From Isurus oxyrinchus (taxonomy: Eukaryota): a DNA stretch of 64,000 nucleotides. The notes beneath the pieces are model-generated. The model ran no database searches, was not told the DNA's origin, and was given only the letters and a program-made list of their open reading frames with translations. A program made the position numbers and the translations under genes. Below are positions 47,601 through 60,459 of this stretch, in pieces. How positions within the stretch are numbered: position 1 is the first letter of the stretch; every line of letters starts with the position of its first letter. Location of the stretch: contig JANJGN010000041.1 in NCBI GenBank assembly GCA_026770705.1, forward strand, positions 6,262,001 through 6,326,000. The letters run 5' to 3'.

Positions 47601-50600
47601 ACTGCTGACAACCTTACTCATTCAATTGGCCAATTAGGTAATAATTTACAGAGATACAGAATGTTGTGCTCAGCTATTTTGGAGACGAGGAGGAAAGCTG
47701 TCCAATGACCGGGTGCTGACAAAAGTAGGAAAAGAAACAAGTCTTGACCTCACTTTCGCAAGTAACCATCTGATCCAGAATCCCAACTCCTCACTCAGTC
47801 CACATCTGTCTCAGATGTAGCCGCGAGTCCATGCCTCCTGTTTGACATGCACTTTGAACAACCCAGTGTTTTTATAAAACATCTATTGAATCCCCAGCTA
47901 GCTCAGCATTCTCTGACGATAGTTAATATTTATTAAGGGGAATTACATACAGTGCCATGGTGCTGGTGTGATGGCCCAGAAAGAGGACACCGTGCGTAGG
48001 AATCGGACAATACGACCAGATGATGTTTTAATGCTGAGTAATTGGTAGCGGTGTGACTTCTGCACCAGTTCTTCAGCTGGATCTTAAATGTTTGAAGCTT
48101 GTACACTTCTCAATAAAATCTTCAAAAAGGAAACCACGCTGTAACCATGTTGTGTCCTGATTTTCAACGTTAACACACCAAACATAGAAAAAGGATTGGT
48201 AAAATGAATGTTAACATTTTGAAACATGAAAATACACAAAATTTGGCGAAAGGTAGCCAAGGAAAATTACAGCTGATTAATGTCTAACGCCATCAAACAA
48301 CTGTTGGATCACTTGTGTGCCACGTTAACATCAAGTGAAGATGCACTGAAGGTGTGAAGGACAAAAGGTAGATTTGCTTGAGAAGTATGAAAGCATCAAC
48401 CCTTGCAGATCTGTGCATCTCTAGTCGGTTTCCCTTTGGTCTTCACTGTGGCAACATCTGAATGATTTGAAAAGCGATTTCTGAGCTTAATTTCAGACTT
48501 AGGAATGCTGTGGGTCCGCAGTCAAATGCAGGTTAGACCTGGTTAAGATGGCAGTTCTCCTCCCTAAGTATTCAAGATGGGCCGTCCATACAGTCCTTGA
48601 ATCTCTTGCTGGACGCAACTGATAAAAGTTATTTTTTATAGAGTAGGATCAGAACAGACGCCCCCTTCCCGCAACCCTGCATTGAGCTCGCCGCTGGTGA
48701 CATACAAAATTTCCGGGCTGCCATCCCCTGGGACAGCTTTGAAAGTCGTGAACTGAGCCGTTTTTTTAGGATCAGTTGGTAAATCCGTGAGTCTGGAGAC
48801 ACTTTTGTTTCCTTTGGAGTTACTGATTACTGGCGGGTACATCCTGCAGCTGCACCTACATCAGTCACTTTGTCTAACACCTCTGCCACAACTGCACAGC
48901 CCAATTTTCCTTCCACTCCGGTCTGCCCTTCGGAAGACCCTCCCCCCTCACAACCACAATCCCCACAATTCTGACTCCCCTGCTCCCCACTGTCAACACC
49001 TTCTTCCCATGACTGCTCTTCCCATTGGTCCCACACTGCATTGGAGCTGCGAGAACTCGATGGGCCGAATGGCCTGCTAGACCTTACTGTCTCAAACTTT
49101 TGTTGGAATCAATTGTATTCCAAAGGTGGGCTTTGGCTGCAGTCTAATATGATTTCAGGTATGTGAAAGCGAGGTAAAATGCTGGTCGTGTGTGCTCTAT
49201 GCATTTCGTGTGCACAGTGCTCAATACCATTCAACTGAGTTGGAATACATACGGGTCGTGTTCGGACGCTTATGGGTCTGTTAAATATTTGCTGGGGGGG
49301 AAAGGGTAGACCAACGGCCACTTACCATCCAGCCTGATAGTTTGGCACAAGTGCGGGAGGATGGGAAAATAATGAATCATCACAAGATAAGATCCAACAG
49401 CCCATTGCTGGTCAGTCTGGAGAAAACAAAAGCTGTCCATTGCCAAACGTCCACAAAATTAAGCGCCATTTCACTTGATAAACACTGAAGGGTGCGCTTC
49501 AGTGTGACGTTTCAAACGGGCCCTGAAAGGTTTTTTTTTATTTTTGTTCCCGGTTGGCAATTAAATTAATTTAAAATTGTTGATTGAGGTTAACACGGAA
49601 ACAGCTGGGCTCAGTTTCACCCAATTCCAGATTGAGCACAATATTCTTCTCGCATTACCTGTGGGCACCTTGCACGATCTCTGGGTCTTGTAGACTGTCA
49701 GGCATACAGTGTCACCCTGCCCTGAGACTCTGCTGCAAAGGGTGAGGGAGCACAGATTGTTATAACAGCTCACAGGACATTTGAATGGCGATATAAAAGA
49801 GGAAGAAAGATTCTCACTTCAGCAATGGTGAATGAGGCCATTTCACCCTCTTGTCGCTTTCTCCCTAAAACAGATCCTGCTTCCTACCCTCCATTTGTCC
49901 TCTAATGGGACACCTAGCAAGATGCCAATAACCAAGAGCTCCCCTCCCTGCGTGAAACCTAGGAGGTACCAGTATAACCAAGGAGCACAGGACTCACTAT
50001 TTTTAGTTGATATCTGTAGGAGGCACTGTCTTAAACTACCTGACCCACAATGTTGCCTCAGGCAAAACGAGACTTAACGTCGATTTTTGCTTAAGATGAA
50101 CTACGACTCGGGGTGTGCATCGTCATGAACAAAACGCACTGAACGAATTGTATTAATTAGTCGCTGGTGAAAACCACTAACACTCTCGCTTGCACCCCTG
50201 CTCACCATCATTCACACACGAATCGACTGTGCTATGTGTTGGAAAACATGCGAAAGAAATAGAGATACAAGGAGGAAGACTGGAAAGGCTGGATGAACAG
50301 AGTGGGGCCCTCATATCAAAATATTTACGATTATGAAAGATTTATTTTAACATACTGGATGCAGAGCAAAGATTTGCTCTAACGACAATGCTTATAAAAC
50401 GAGGTCTTAAATAAGAAACAATCGCCAAGAGAACTCACAGGGAATTCAAGAATACTTATTTCCACAGAGAGAGATGAGAATGTGGGAGTCATTACCAAAC
50501 GGAGTGCTCTGTTGTATACATTAGCTCTATTTAAGTGGAAGCTATGCAGTCATATTCCAGGGACAGAAATAGACGGACACCCTAACTAGTTATGATTTGA

Positions 50601-51169
50601 ATGGTCAGGCTCTTTCGGTCGGGCGTCTAACTTTTCAGGGGTCGCTGCTTAAGGGGACGTGGTGGAGGGGAGTGAAGGCACCATTTCACCCTGCTGCTCT
50701 TCTCTGCAGCTACAGCTGGTGCTGTTTGGCCTCACCCCATTTTCCCATTCACCAGAAAGAACAACGAGTAATCTCCGCAGCCCCCGTCCCCCACTCAAGC
50801 AGGATGCCCCTGTCTAGCAATTTCCTTTACCCCCGGTCCAACATAATCCGTTATTTTAGAATTGCCTCTGCCTTGGGTGATGTGTTTTTGAGATAGTGGC
50901 TTCATCACTGATAGAAAGGGACTGTGTGTCCCGCTAAACTACCATTCCGTTTCAAAGTTAAGCCTTGTCTACAGTGCAGCATCATCAGCGTTACACCACC
51001 CATCCAGTTTGAGTCCTACCAAACTACGTGATCTCTCCCCACGAGGACATTGCTCCCAGTTCTCTGCGAAGCCATCAATTCGGTTTGGATGGTGCCTCCT
51101 GCCCAGGCCTTCTTCAACACATTCATGATATGGACAAATAACTCCTCAAGTGAGTGGTTTGATTTTATG

Positions 51170-52460
51170 CATTCGTGGGTTGGAAAGCTCGCTGGCTGGG
51201 GGAAATGTATTGCCCATCCGAAGTTGCCATTGCGAAGGTGGTGATGAGCTGCCTTTTGAACGGTTGCCGTGTCTGTCGTATACCTACAACAACAGGGCTG
51301 TTAGGAGGTGTTGCGGGGTGGTGTTGGTCGTACCAAAGGATACTGGCCCAGCGACAGTTAAGTAACACTGATGCATTTCCAAAATGGATGGACGTGTCTT
51401 GGGGAGGGGATTGAAGATTGTTTTGCTGCCATCTATCTCCTTACCTTCTTCAAGGTGCAATTACCGTAAGCTGGAAGGTGCAGTCGAAGGAGTCGTGTTT
51501 TTTTTCCTTACAGTGCATTTTATAGACGGTATGCACTGCTGCTTTTGTGCATCGGTGAAGGAGGGAGTGAATGATTGGTTTAGCATCATAATCAAGCGGA
51601 CGGCTTTTCCTGGATGGTGACGAAATTCTGTACTGTTTTGGAGCTGTGCTCATCCTTAAAAATGGAGAGTATTCCGTCAAACTTCCGACTTGTGCCTGAT
51701 AGGCAGTGGACAGCCTTTGGGGAGTAAGGAAGTGTGTAACTCCTCTGTCAATTCTTGGCAGCTGAACTGCTGTTTTAGCCACGTTACCTAGGTGACTAGT
51801 CTAGATCAGTTTCTGGTAAATGGCGACCTCCTGAAAGTAGATAGTGGGGGGATTCAGTGAGGGGGATGCCATTGATTGCCTAGGGGCAATTGTTAGATTG
51901 TCTCTTGATGGAGATGGTCATTGTCTGGCACTTTTCTGGCTTGATTGTGACTTGCAACTTTTCCGCAACGTGCTGGATATTTTCGAGGGCCTGTATTTCT
52001 TTTTCCTGACACGTTGTTTCTCAGTACCAACCATCCCACCCTCACCCCATGCCCACCACCAGCCTCCTCGGAGGATGAGATGTGCTATGTTATTCACAAT
52101 CAGTTCGGCAGGAACTTAATACCCTGCATGGCTGGAGGGGCCACAACATCCTGACCAGGTCATGCTGCATTTGAACCTGGGCTGCTTCATTTTCTGAGGA
52201 ATCACGAATGCTCCTGAACATTGTGCAAACGTCAGTGAACATCCCCACTTCCGACCAGATGATAGATGGACACACATTTATGAAGCAACTGACGCCGTTT
52301 GGCACTCGTGAATTACCCTGAGGAAATCCTAAAGAGTGTTGTCTTCCTTTGCACCTAGGGCGTGTTACCAAACGTCAACAATTTTATTCCGGCTCATTGA
52401 GGCCACCCACGGTCAAATGCTGCCTTTCTGTCAACGGCTGTCACTCTCCTCTCGCCTCAG
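51170..52460 (-). mobile_element. CR1-clade LINE RT remnant (same family as 420-1335)
   Basis: FINVCPSIIWSEVGMFTDVCTMF; VTHFLTPQRLSTAYQAQVGSLTEYSP. Confidence 0.85.
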
Positions 52461-53453
52461 GAAATAGAGCATTTCTCCAGTTTGTATTCATACTTTGTTT
52501 TATAATGATTAACCAAAACATCTCGAAAGGTTATATTTAATTCAGTATGACTTGTGGCTGTTGTGGAAGTGCACACCAGGCCTGAAGAGATCATGGAGAG
52601 ATAAAGAATGTTCTTGGCTCTTACCTTGCGGTGCTGGTAATGGTGAAAAACCCTGAATGTCATCTCTATGGAGCGTGCAATGACACAGATATTCTGTTGA
52701 GCTCACCTAAGGGAAAAGGCCAGAAGTTGTAACATGTCCAAGTCAAATCTCCACCGAAACCTTTGGATCAAGATGTATAGCTGACTGCTCAGCACTTATG
52801 TACAATCATAATTTGTTTTATTGTGGCTGGTTCGTATCATGTTGAGTGGCTGCTCAGTAGAACAGACCTTTAAACGATCACTCTGTCAACATCTCTGCTT
52901 GTCGCAAACCCCTTCCATCCTGCACTCAGACAACATTAGCTCTTCTCCCCCATGTCACACCACCTTATCGTCAATCAGTCACCCATTACAACTCGTCACC
53001 CAAACTCCCACGGCACACTAGCACCTGGTAACACTCCCCTTCAAACCATCAACACTAATTTCCCCATCCCAATGATGCCTCATCGCATGCAATTTTCCTC
53101 CATCAACCCTGCTACTCTTCTGTCCACACTGCTATTCCAAGGCTGCCTGCCATCAGGCCTGGATATCCCAATCAACCCATATCTTCTTCGTTACAAATTT
53201 CACCTCAATAGCCTCAGCTTCCCCCATCAACATTAGCTCCTCACCTCTAACTTCTCCAACATCCCTGCTTACCCCATAACCTCCGATTTCCACCCTCAAA
53301 CCGTCTTTTCTTCTCCAATAACTTCCATTTAATTGTCCTGGCCTTCGAGCATATCAACAACCGTCGGGTCAATAAGGTAGAATGATTCTGAAATGTTCAG
53401 TAAGTCCTTACGCAACTTGTAAGTTTTGTATTGTACATTTCTCTTTCGCTCAG

Positions 53454-54275
53454 CTAACAAAGTGATGATTGTGTCACTTTTGCAGAAAGTGTGGTCTCTC
53501 CAAATGTGACACTCGGCAGATGCTGACTATGGCAGAGCAAAACTGGTTTCCTCAACCTGATATTTCGACTCTTTCTGATAGTTTTAGGAAAAGAGTTTCG
53601 TTTCTTCAACTCCACCCCCGTGCGTAATGCCAACACTATCAGAAACTGACTGTTCTCCCTGGTTCACAGTCACTCACACCATTGAAATCTCTGTAGCCAT
53701 TTTTTAGCAAAATCTGAAGAGTAAGTATGGTGTTGGCGGAACAGCGGCTAAGCTTCGGGTAATAGTGACCGTTTTGGTATGTTTAAGGAAAATTTCCCGA
53801 TATTTTTTGTAAGCCAATGAGTATTGGCTGACGATAAAAGTCCATTCTGTTATGTGACAATAAATGACCTGCATTCTCAGTTTTGGAGAAAAATCGAGTT
53901 CCTTGATCACATTCTAACGCCGGAGAGGCTATTTGCCCCGCTTCTGCTGTTGAATGGTTTCACTGTCAGGCACAGGTTAATGACCAGCAGAAATTGCAGG
54001 ACACTCTGGGTAATCAGAAACATGGAAGATCGAAGGGAACCCAACAATTTGCTTTTGTCCTCTCAACCAATTGCATCAAGTTATGGTCAAAGTTTATGGT
54101 TTACTCATTGTGGTGGCAGATGTTGGATCTGTTGTCCAGTTTGATGCATCCAGAAACCTTGCACAATGGTTTAATTCATTCTGCAGCTCCTGAGTTGATT
54201 CACAATCATTTGTGTTTGTACTATGACTCAGAATATGTTGCGATTGCATTTGGAGAACGTTCTAGGATGTGATTA
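53454..54275 (+). pseudogene. GPR139/142-like GPCR pseudogene (exon 2 equivalent)
   Basis: Acceptor ttctctttcgctcag|; KCGLSKCDTR, TDCSPWFTVT, IEFLDHILTP..LLLLNGFTVRH and LQLLS* are colinear with 29555-30432 but carry frameshifts, stops and deletions. Exon 1 not found. Confidence 0.9.
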
Positions 54276-54849
54276 AAATAACTGAAACACTGTTCGTGTG
54301 CAGCATTGTCCACTGCTCCTTCAGGTTTTCAGCGTCTGGAGGGGCTTGCCAGAAAGGCAAATGAAAAATCTTGGGGCTTGTCGTTAATGATAACATAGTC
54401 TGTTGAACAATTGACTTTTACAACATGAAGGTTCCTCGCTCTGATTAGACATCATAGTACCAAGAATAACAGAACTCACATTGGGCAATCCACTGGTCCA
54501 CTTTTCTTCTCCTTCACAACCATCTGCAAGGGCCCCTCCCAGCAGCATCACCCACATAACCCAGCACCCCCACCCACCACCCCTAAACTTCATTTGGCCA
54601 GCCCATTTGTCCATTATAACGCATTCCACAATTGTCCCTTGCAGATGTTGCACCTATTTTGTGGATTGATGAGGTGAGTTACAAAATGTTGCCAGACCCC
54701 GGCCTGTTTTTTTTTTTAGGAAAATTATTAATTGATTTACTGAAGAACATGAAAAATATGTGTCACAGTGATGTTGCCAAAAGGGACATTGTCTTTGTTA
54801 AATAACTCTACGAGCCTCCACGCATCTTGACTCATCCATATCCGCCATT

Positions 54850-55420
54850 GTTACCCTCCATGTCACTCTCTCTCAGCTGCTTTCCTGGTTTGGCCTTGAA
54901 GAGATTCATTATGTTCACCTGAACCATCCCATCTCGTAGCGAGTTCCACATTCTCACCTATCTCTGGACATGAGGTCTCTCCTGAATTCCCGATTGGATA
55001 ATTTGCTGATTGTCATACATTCATGACCATATAGTTGCGTCCCTCCCCATAAGATGAAACATTCTCTCTGTATCCAATCACTCAAAAAGCCTGCTTTTAA
55101 ACTCCTCTATTGTGCCATCCCGGAGACTTGTTTACAATTTTCCAGAGAGAAGAGTCACAGCCTGAAAAGTCCTCCTGATATGTGTACCCGCACATTCCTG
55201 CATCATCCTTATCAGTCCTGTCTGCACTAGTGCCTCTATATGGCTTTATAACCATGCATGTTGACCATGAGTGTAATTGCCTAACTTTGGTCAACCAAAG
55301 TTTTAATCGGGTTCAGCATATCCTTCTGACTTTTCAATTCTATCCCCTAAGGCATGAAGCCAAGTGTGTGGTTCGGAATTTTTAACGCCCGGTTAACATA
55401 TAGGTCTACTTTCAATGGTG
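54850..55420 (-). mobile_element. CR1 3' remnant
   Basis: Reverse-oriented CR1 C-terminal region (..gagttccacattctcacc..). Confidence 0.65.
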
Positions 55421-56959
55421 GAGTTATTTTTACTCACAAATCGCTAAGTACCTCTTCCCCTTCGAGAGGAAAGAGGAAAGAAGAAGAAATTCGTTTTTTA
55501 GTGCCAGTGGGATCAGTTCTGTAAAGCAGGCACATTTAATGCTACATGGGTTGAACTGGTGTCCACTGTCATCGGTCGTGATAGGTGTTTTGGCAGTGAC
55601 GGTGCGGCATGGGAATAGGGACACATGTACAAGCTAATTCGCTTTGCTGTAAGGCGGGCTTCATGACCCTCTGCTGTAGCCGATGTGAAAGCTTGAACTT
55701 AAGCGCCAGCTGAGAACTCATTTAGACTCAAGCTCCATCTTGGTTAAAGGGATTTTTCCATATCCTCAAAATGACATCATCTAAAAATAGCGAGTGTTTG
55801 TGCTGCTGGGCGATATCGGACGCCTTGTAGAATTTTAATAGATGATATTAGTGGAGACTGGGTAAATCCACATTAACTAAAATGCTATTTATTGCTGTTT
55901 ATTTAAAGTGCCCTGATCTGAAGTGATGGGTTTGTATTTGGAGATGGTTTTAATGTTTATGGGAGAAAATTAGGGTGATGGTGTTCAGCGTACATCAGAT
56001 AGCTGTTAGTTGAATGGATGGAAATGCTCGAAGTGCGAAATAGATACCAAGTGTTCTAAACCATATCGATATAAGGTAGCTCCTGTGAAATATGCTCACC
56101 TTCATTATGTTCAGTTGCAATAAAGACTATCTGTGCTCCAGTTATCTCATGTGTGTCTCTGAGGTGCTCAAGAGAGAATGTGGAGATCTTTGTTCTTGGT
56201 ACTTGGATTTCTGGTGCTCTACCAGCACAGATGCTGTTTATTAGAACTGAGCAGGTATTATGTATTTACTAATAGCATGCACGCAATGAAGATTGTCTCC
56301 ACTTTGAGCATGATATAGACGGAGTCACCTAAGCTAGTTACTTGCTAATCAACAGAGAGACCAATCTGTGTAATGATTGAACAGGTGAAAGTTTAAAATA
56401 ATTGTTAACGACTTATAATTTCAGAGCCAATCTGCAGAGAAGAGGGCCATTTAGCCCATTAAGCACCTCCTGGATCTTTGAAATTGCTGCTCAATTCTCC
56501 CCACTCGATCTCTCCACTTTCCCCATTGCTCTGCCATTGTTCCTTTTTTAGTTCAATTACCTCCACACCCCTCATTTGTGATTCAACATTGCACCTTCCT
56601 CCATTACCCTTTCAGGAATCCCCTTACATGTCACATGGACAGATTGTGTATAGATATTTTTTCCGCCGCTCCCATCGGGTTATCTGCTTATTACCTTCAA
56701 TCTGTTTCACCCGAGCTTCCAAAATCCCACACTGATTGCCACGATTGAAAGAAATGTGTATTTCTCCCTTGGGGCAGATATCGTTCATTTGACCAGCATC
56801 AGCAGAACAGATTACCTGATTATTAACTGGCTGATGAATTTTCTTGCTTGAAGGCTTAACGACAGCAACTCATTCTATCTTCAGAGCTCAGGGGCAGCCC
56901 AAGGACTGGAATGGTCCACAGGAATTTACCGAGTTCACATTTTCATTTTCTGCATTTTG

Positions 56960-57270
56960 CGTCATCTCTGTCTCTCTTTCTATTTCTCATCTCTTTCTGT
57001 CGTTATCCTTCGTTCTCCGTATGCCCTCTAGCTCAGCCTCTCCTCCTTTCTGCTCCTCTCTCTCTCACATTCTCGCTCTGCATCTTCCTCGCTACGCTCT
57101 CTCCCTCTCTCTTCACTCACTCTCTATTTCTCTTTTATTTGATGATTCTATTTTGCTCTGTCTCGCTCCTTGTATGTTCCACCGTGTTTTTTTTTCTTTC
57201 TCGTTGCTCCATCTTATTCTCCAGCTTCCTTTCAAGCTGTATCTCTGTCTCTCTCTGTCCCTATATTATC
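56960..57270. repeat. CT-rich low-complexity tract
   Basis: Degenerate (CT)n. Confidence 0.85.
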
Positions 57271-58099
57271 ACCTGGACCGGATAGGTAAATATTTGTAAT
57301 TTTAACACGTTTTCTGTTTGTTAAATATTTGCCTCGAAACGGGACTGAGCTGTCATAAGTCGCTCTCCTCCCTGGCACCGTTCAACAAGGTCCGTGGAAT
57401 GAGCTGCCCCTGAATATAAAGCAGCAGCTCACTCACTCTCTGAGGGGGCAAAACACAAACTACCAATGCTAACTATCATATTCAATCATTTTAATTTTTC
57501 AATTACATATGGACGTTCTCTGAGCCGAATAAATATAAGCAGGTGAATATACGAACTCAAATATTTGATAATTAGAACGAGGCTATGAACGTCTTGTCAT
57601 TCAGGGGACGTTACTGTCGCTGTATCTGCCATCAGATTTTATTGTCCAGCACTATTTACCATTGAGAGTCTGTTGGTCAGCCTCCTTCCTGACCACTGCA
57701 GTCCATATTATTTATGTACAACGGACGTGCTGTTCAGGAATGTGTATTCAAGGGCCTGGAAGATGTCCCTGGTGTTCAGCATCATAAACTGTTTTATTCA
57801 TCGTGTCCCATTCTCTGTAGCTAGGCCCAGTGAGTTATTCACAATTTTATGAGTTCACGCAGAGATTCAGCCTCCTCCACCCCTCTAGTCCCTATGTACA
57901 CTTCCCTCCACCAGCACACCGTCCTGAAATACCCCAATTTCCTTCCGCACACCGGTGCCTCATGTACTACCGAAACTGTTCCCCATTTCCTTTCCAACCT
58001 GCACCACTTTTCATTTCCTCTAACCAGACCCTCGACCGAAATGTTCTCTCACTGCTTCAGGGTAAATGGGCTAGTTGGACCGAATGGCCTGTTGTGACG

Positions 58100-59200
58100 A
58101 AATCACTACGAATGTCCCTATTACAAAGTACTCCAGTGGTGGGCATTGGCTGGAGACGAAAGTCAGCTCATTTTTACAGGAGAGGGTAAAAATGTTGAAG
58201 TTGTCCAAAATGCACTGTGTCTACAATTCTTTGCATGTTACCAGCTGAGCTTTGGTTACCATGCATATTTGGAGCACTTTGCCAATTTGTTTAATATTTG
58301 CTTGTAACACGGATCTGACCAGGTTAGGCAGTTGATATCCTGCCTGCCTGTATTGAACAAGGTGTGACGATCTGGAATTAATGACAAACCCCAGGATGGG
58401 ATCCAGCTGCTCACTGCCAGTGCGTGTTGTCAATACACAGACCACCCACTCTTGAGTCTCCTAATTTTGCTTTTTGCAATCGATACACACGGCGGGCTGG
58501 TGCTCTGCTAACTTTGACCAATGGACGACAGGCGGCTCAGGTACCGGTCACGATCATTTATTCGAGTAATTGCGAGGACAGAAGCATCTCTAGGCATCAT
58601 GCACTAGCATGCTGTCAAACTGCAATCATGCAGCGTATGTTATACATTGCTGATCCCGTACAAGAAGAATATTCAAATCCCCTTCTTGTCAGAATATATG
58701 TTATGTCATACATGCTCTTTGACACCGGCAGACAACTCACCCCTATCCTGGCTGGGACCAACTTTAGTTTCCTTTTCGGTTGAAAGGATCACTTCATCTA
58801 TGTTGTTGTCAGCCTCTGCCTCCAATCAGGATCCCAAAGCCTTACTGTTTTTTGCAGGCTCTAAGGCTTTGTAATATTTATCTGGTAACTTTAACTGTTA
58901 ATGTGCTAGATAGCACCGGATGCATGACGTATTCAAATAATCATTCACTTTCAATACATTCTTCCTGCATGACCCCTAAGAGTCACCAATACTGGGTCGT
59001 TGCCTAGCCCAGATTCGACAAATACATTTTTACTGTCCATCTCTTTATGTACCAACACACATTGATACTGGCCAGTTATACAGCTTTGCATTAAAAATTT
59101 TGACGGTCAGGTCGGCTGTATCATCTGGTCCTTCACTTGAGGCCTCAGATTTGTTAAACTTCTTCTCCCCCTTTTAATGCCTCCAGCTCCTCTTCTGTGA
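58100..59200 (-). pseudogene. Decayed intronless frame with Ig-like motifs and an Env-like C-terminus, directly downstream of the Env-like gene
   Basis: DLTVKIFNAKLY/TGQYQCVL (~59050-59115) and LQKAKLGDS/..VCVLTT (~58430-58480) fit the Ig E-F strand motif LxIxxxxxxDxGxYxC across frameshifts. Then heptad-like LPNLVRSVLQANIKQIGKVLQ and AHHWSTL; truncated by a CR1 tail at ~58090. Confidence 0.5.
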
Positions 59201-59204
59201 CCCT

Positions 59205-60430
59205 CAGTCACGATGAATCAGGTAGGTAAAATATATAATAGTTATCAGCTGAATCAGAACCAGTGCATGGGAAATAATCCAAATACACGGATGCATTTGT
59301 ACATTGGAGCCTCAATTCCACCGTCACGGTGAGGAGGAATCTACCTGCTCGATATCCTCTTTTGACACTCTAACCTGTTTACAGTAGGTTCAATACATCT
59401 GCAGAGCTTGTCTCCGAATCGGGGTTAGGTGCTCTGGCAGTTAATATATTATCATATGAGAACTGATTCAAATACTGTACCAGGTTATCGTTATGGCTTT
59501 CCATGACCTGGGTATTAGTCCATCCTCTCTTGTATATTTAGAGCAGTTGTACATTTCCCAGGCTTGCCGGCACCTGCGGGGGTAGGGACAACAATTGATT
59601 ATGGATGGATCACATCAAGTTGCCCCAATACTGGATCATTTGCTGCCACGCAGTGATACAATAACTCCGATTCCACATGTGTGCAACATGGGTCGGTTTT
59701 TTTGCAGCCCATGCAGTTTCCATTATATAATTTGCTGCTGCTTTGAATCCACACTTTGTTTCTTCCATCTCCTATATTGCATGAGCACATACAAATGTTG
59801 TGCTCTCGAAACCGCGCCCTTCTAAATATTGTGCTAACTATATTCCCTTGTATGTCAACTGCTTATGGCAGAATGTCATGTTGCCTAACATAATAGTTTC
59901 CCCACATCACCCCAACATTTTCGGCTCAATAAAATGTTCTGCTGGGTGTTGACATAGGTATAACAGGTATCACTAAGTCAATGCCAATTAGCATGTTACA
60001 ATTCACAATGCATTCAACATTCTTTCTACCTACACGTGTTAAACCTCTGAGCTGGCAATCAGCCAAGTCATGATTTCTATGTCGTGGACGGTTAAATAAA
60101 AGTTCATTGGCTGCCCATGAAGCAACTGCATCTTCATTAATCTCTTAAATTCAGTCGGGCTTGTTCCAGTGTAGAGGGTCCATTGGTGCTGCAGACATAG
60201 CTACTGTTTGCTTAACCTGAAATATGTTTTCCTATACTGTTAAATTTATTGATAGACCGCGCATAACCTTCGAGCAAGTTAGCCATGTTATGAATTAATT
60301 GTTTCATGTCATGGCCTGTATTAAATTGGATGTCGTGAAATCCATGACCCCGCTTAAAATTTCCTTAAGCTGGGAGATCAAGGATTGGACAATTTTGTCA
60401 ACAGTTTACAGGTCAGTGGACTTAACACAG
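59205..60430 (-). mobile_element. Endogenous viral envelope pseudogene, fusion(F)-glycoprotein-like
   Basis: Minus strand, with frameshifts: STDL*TVDKIVQSLISQLKEIL (heptad); YVCST..LEQARLNL; ADCQLRGLT..IGIDLVIPVI; FY*AENVG; KCGF..SYCIT..PQVPASLG; a second heptad; W-rich P*RWN*G; hydrophobic TM IWIISHALVLIQLITIIYFTYLI (~59215-59285). Confidence 0.65.
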
Positions 60431-60459
60431 AAGCTTCCCCACTGAAGCATTCTGAAGTT

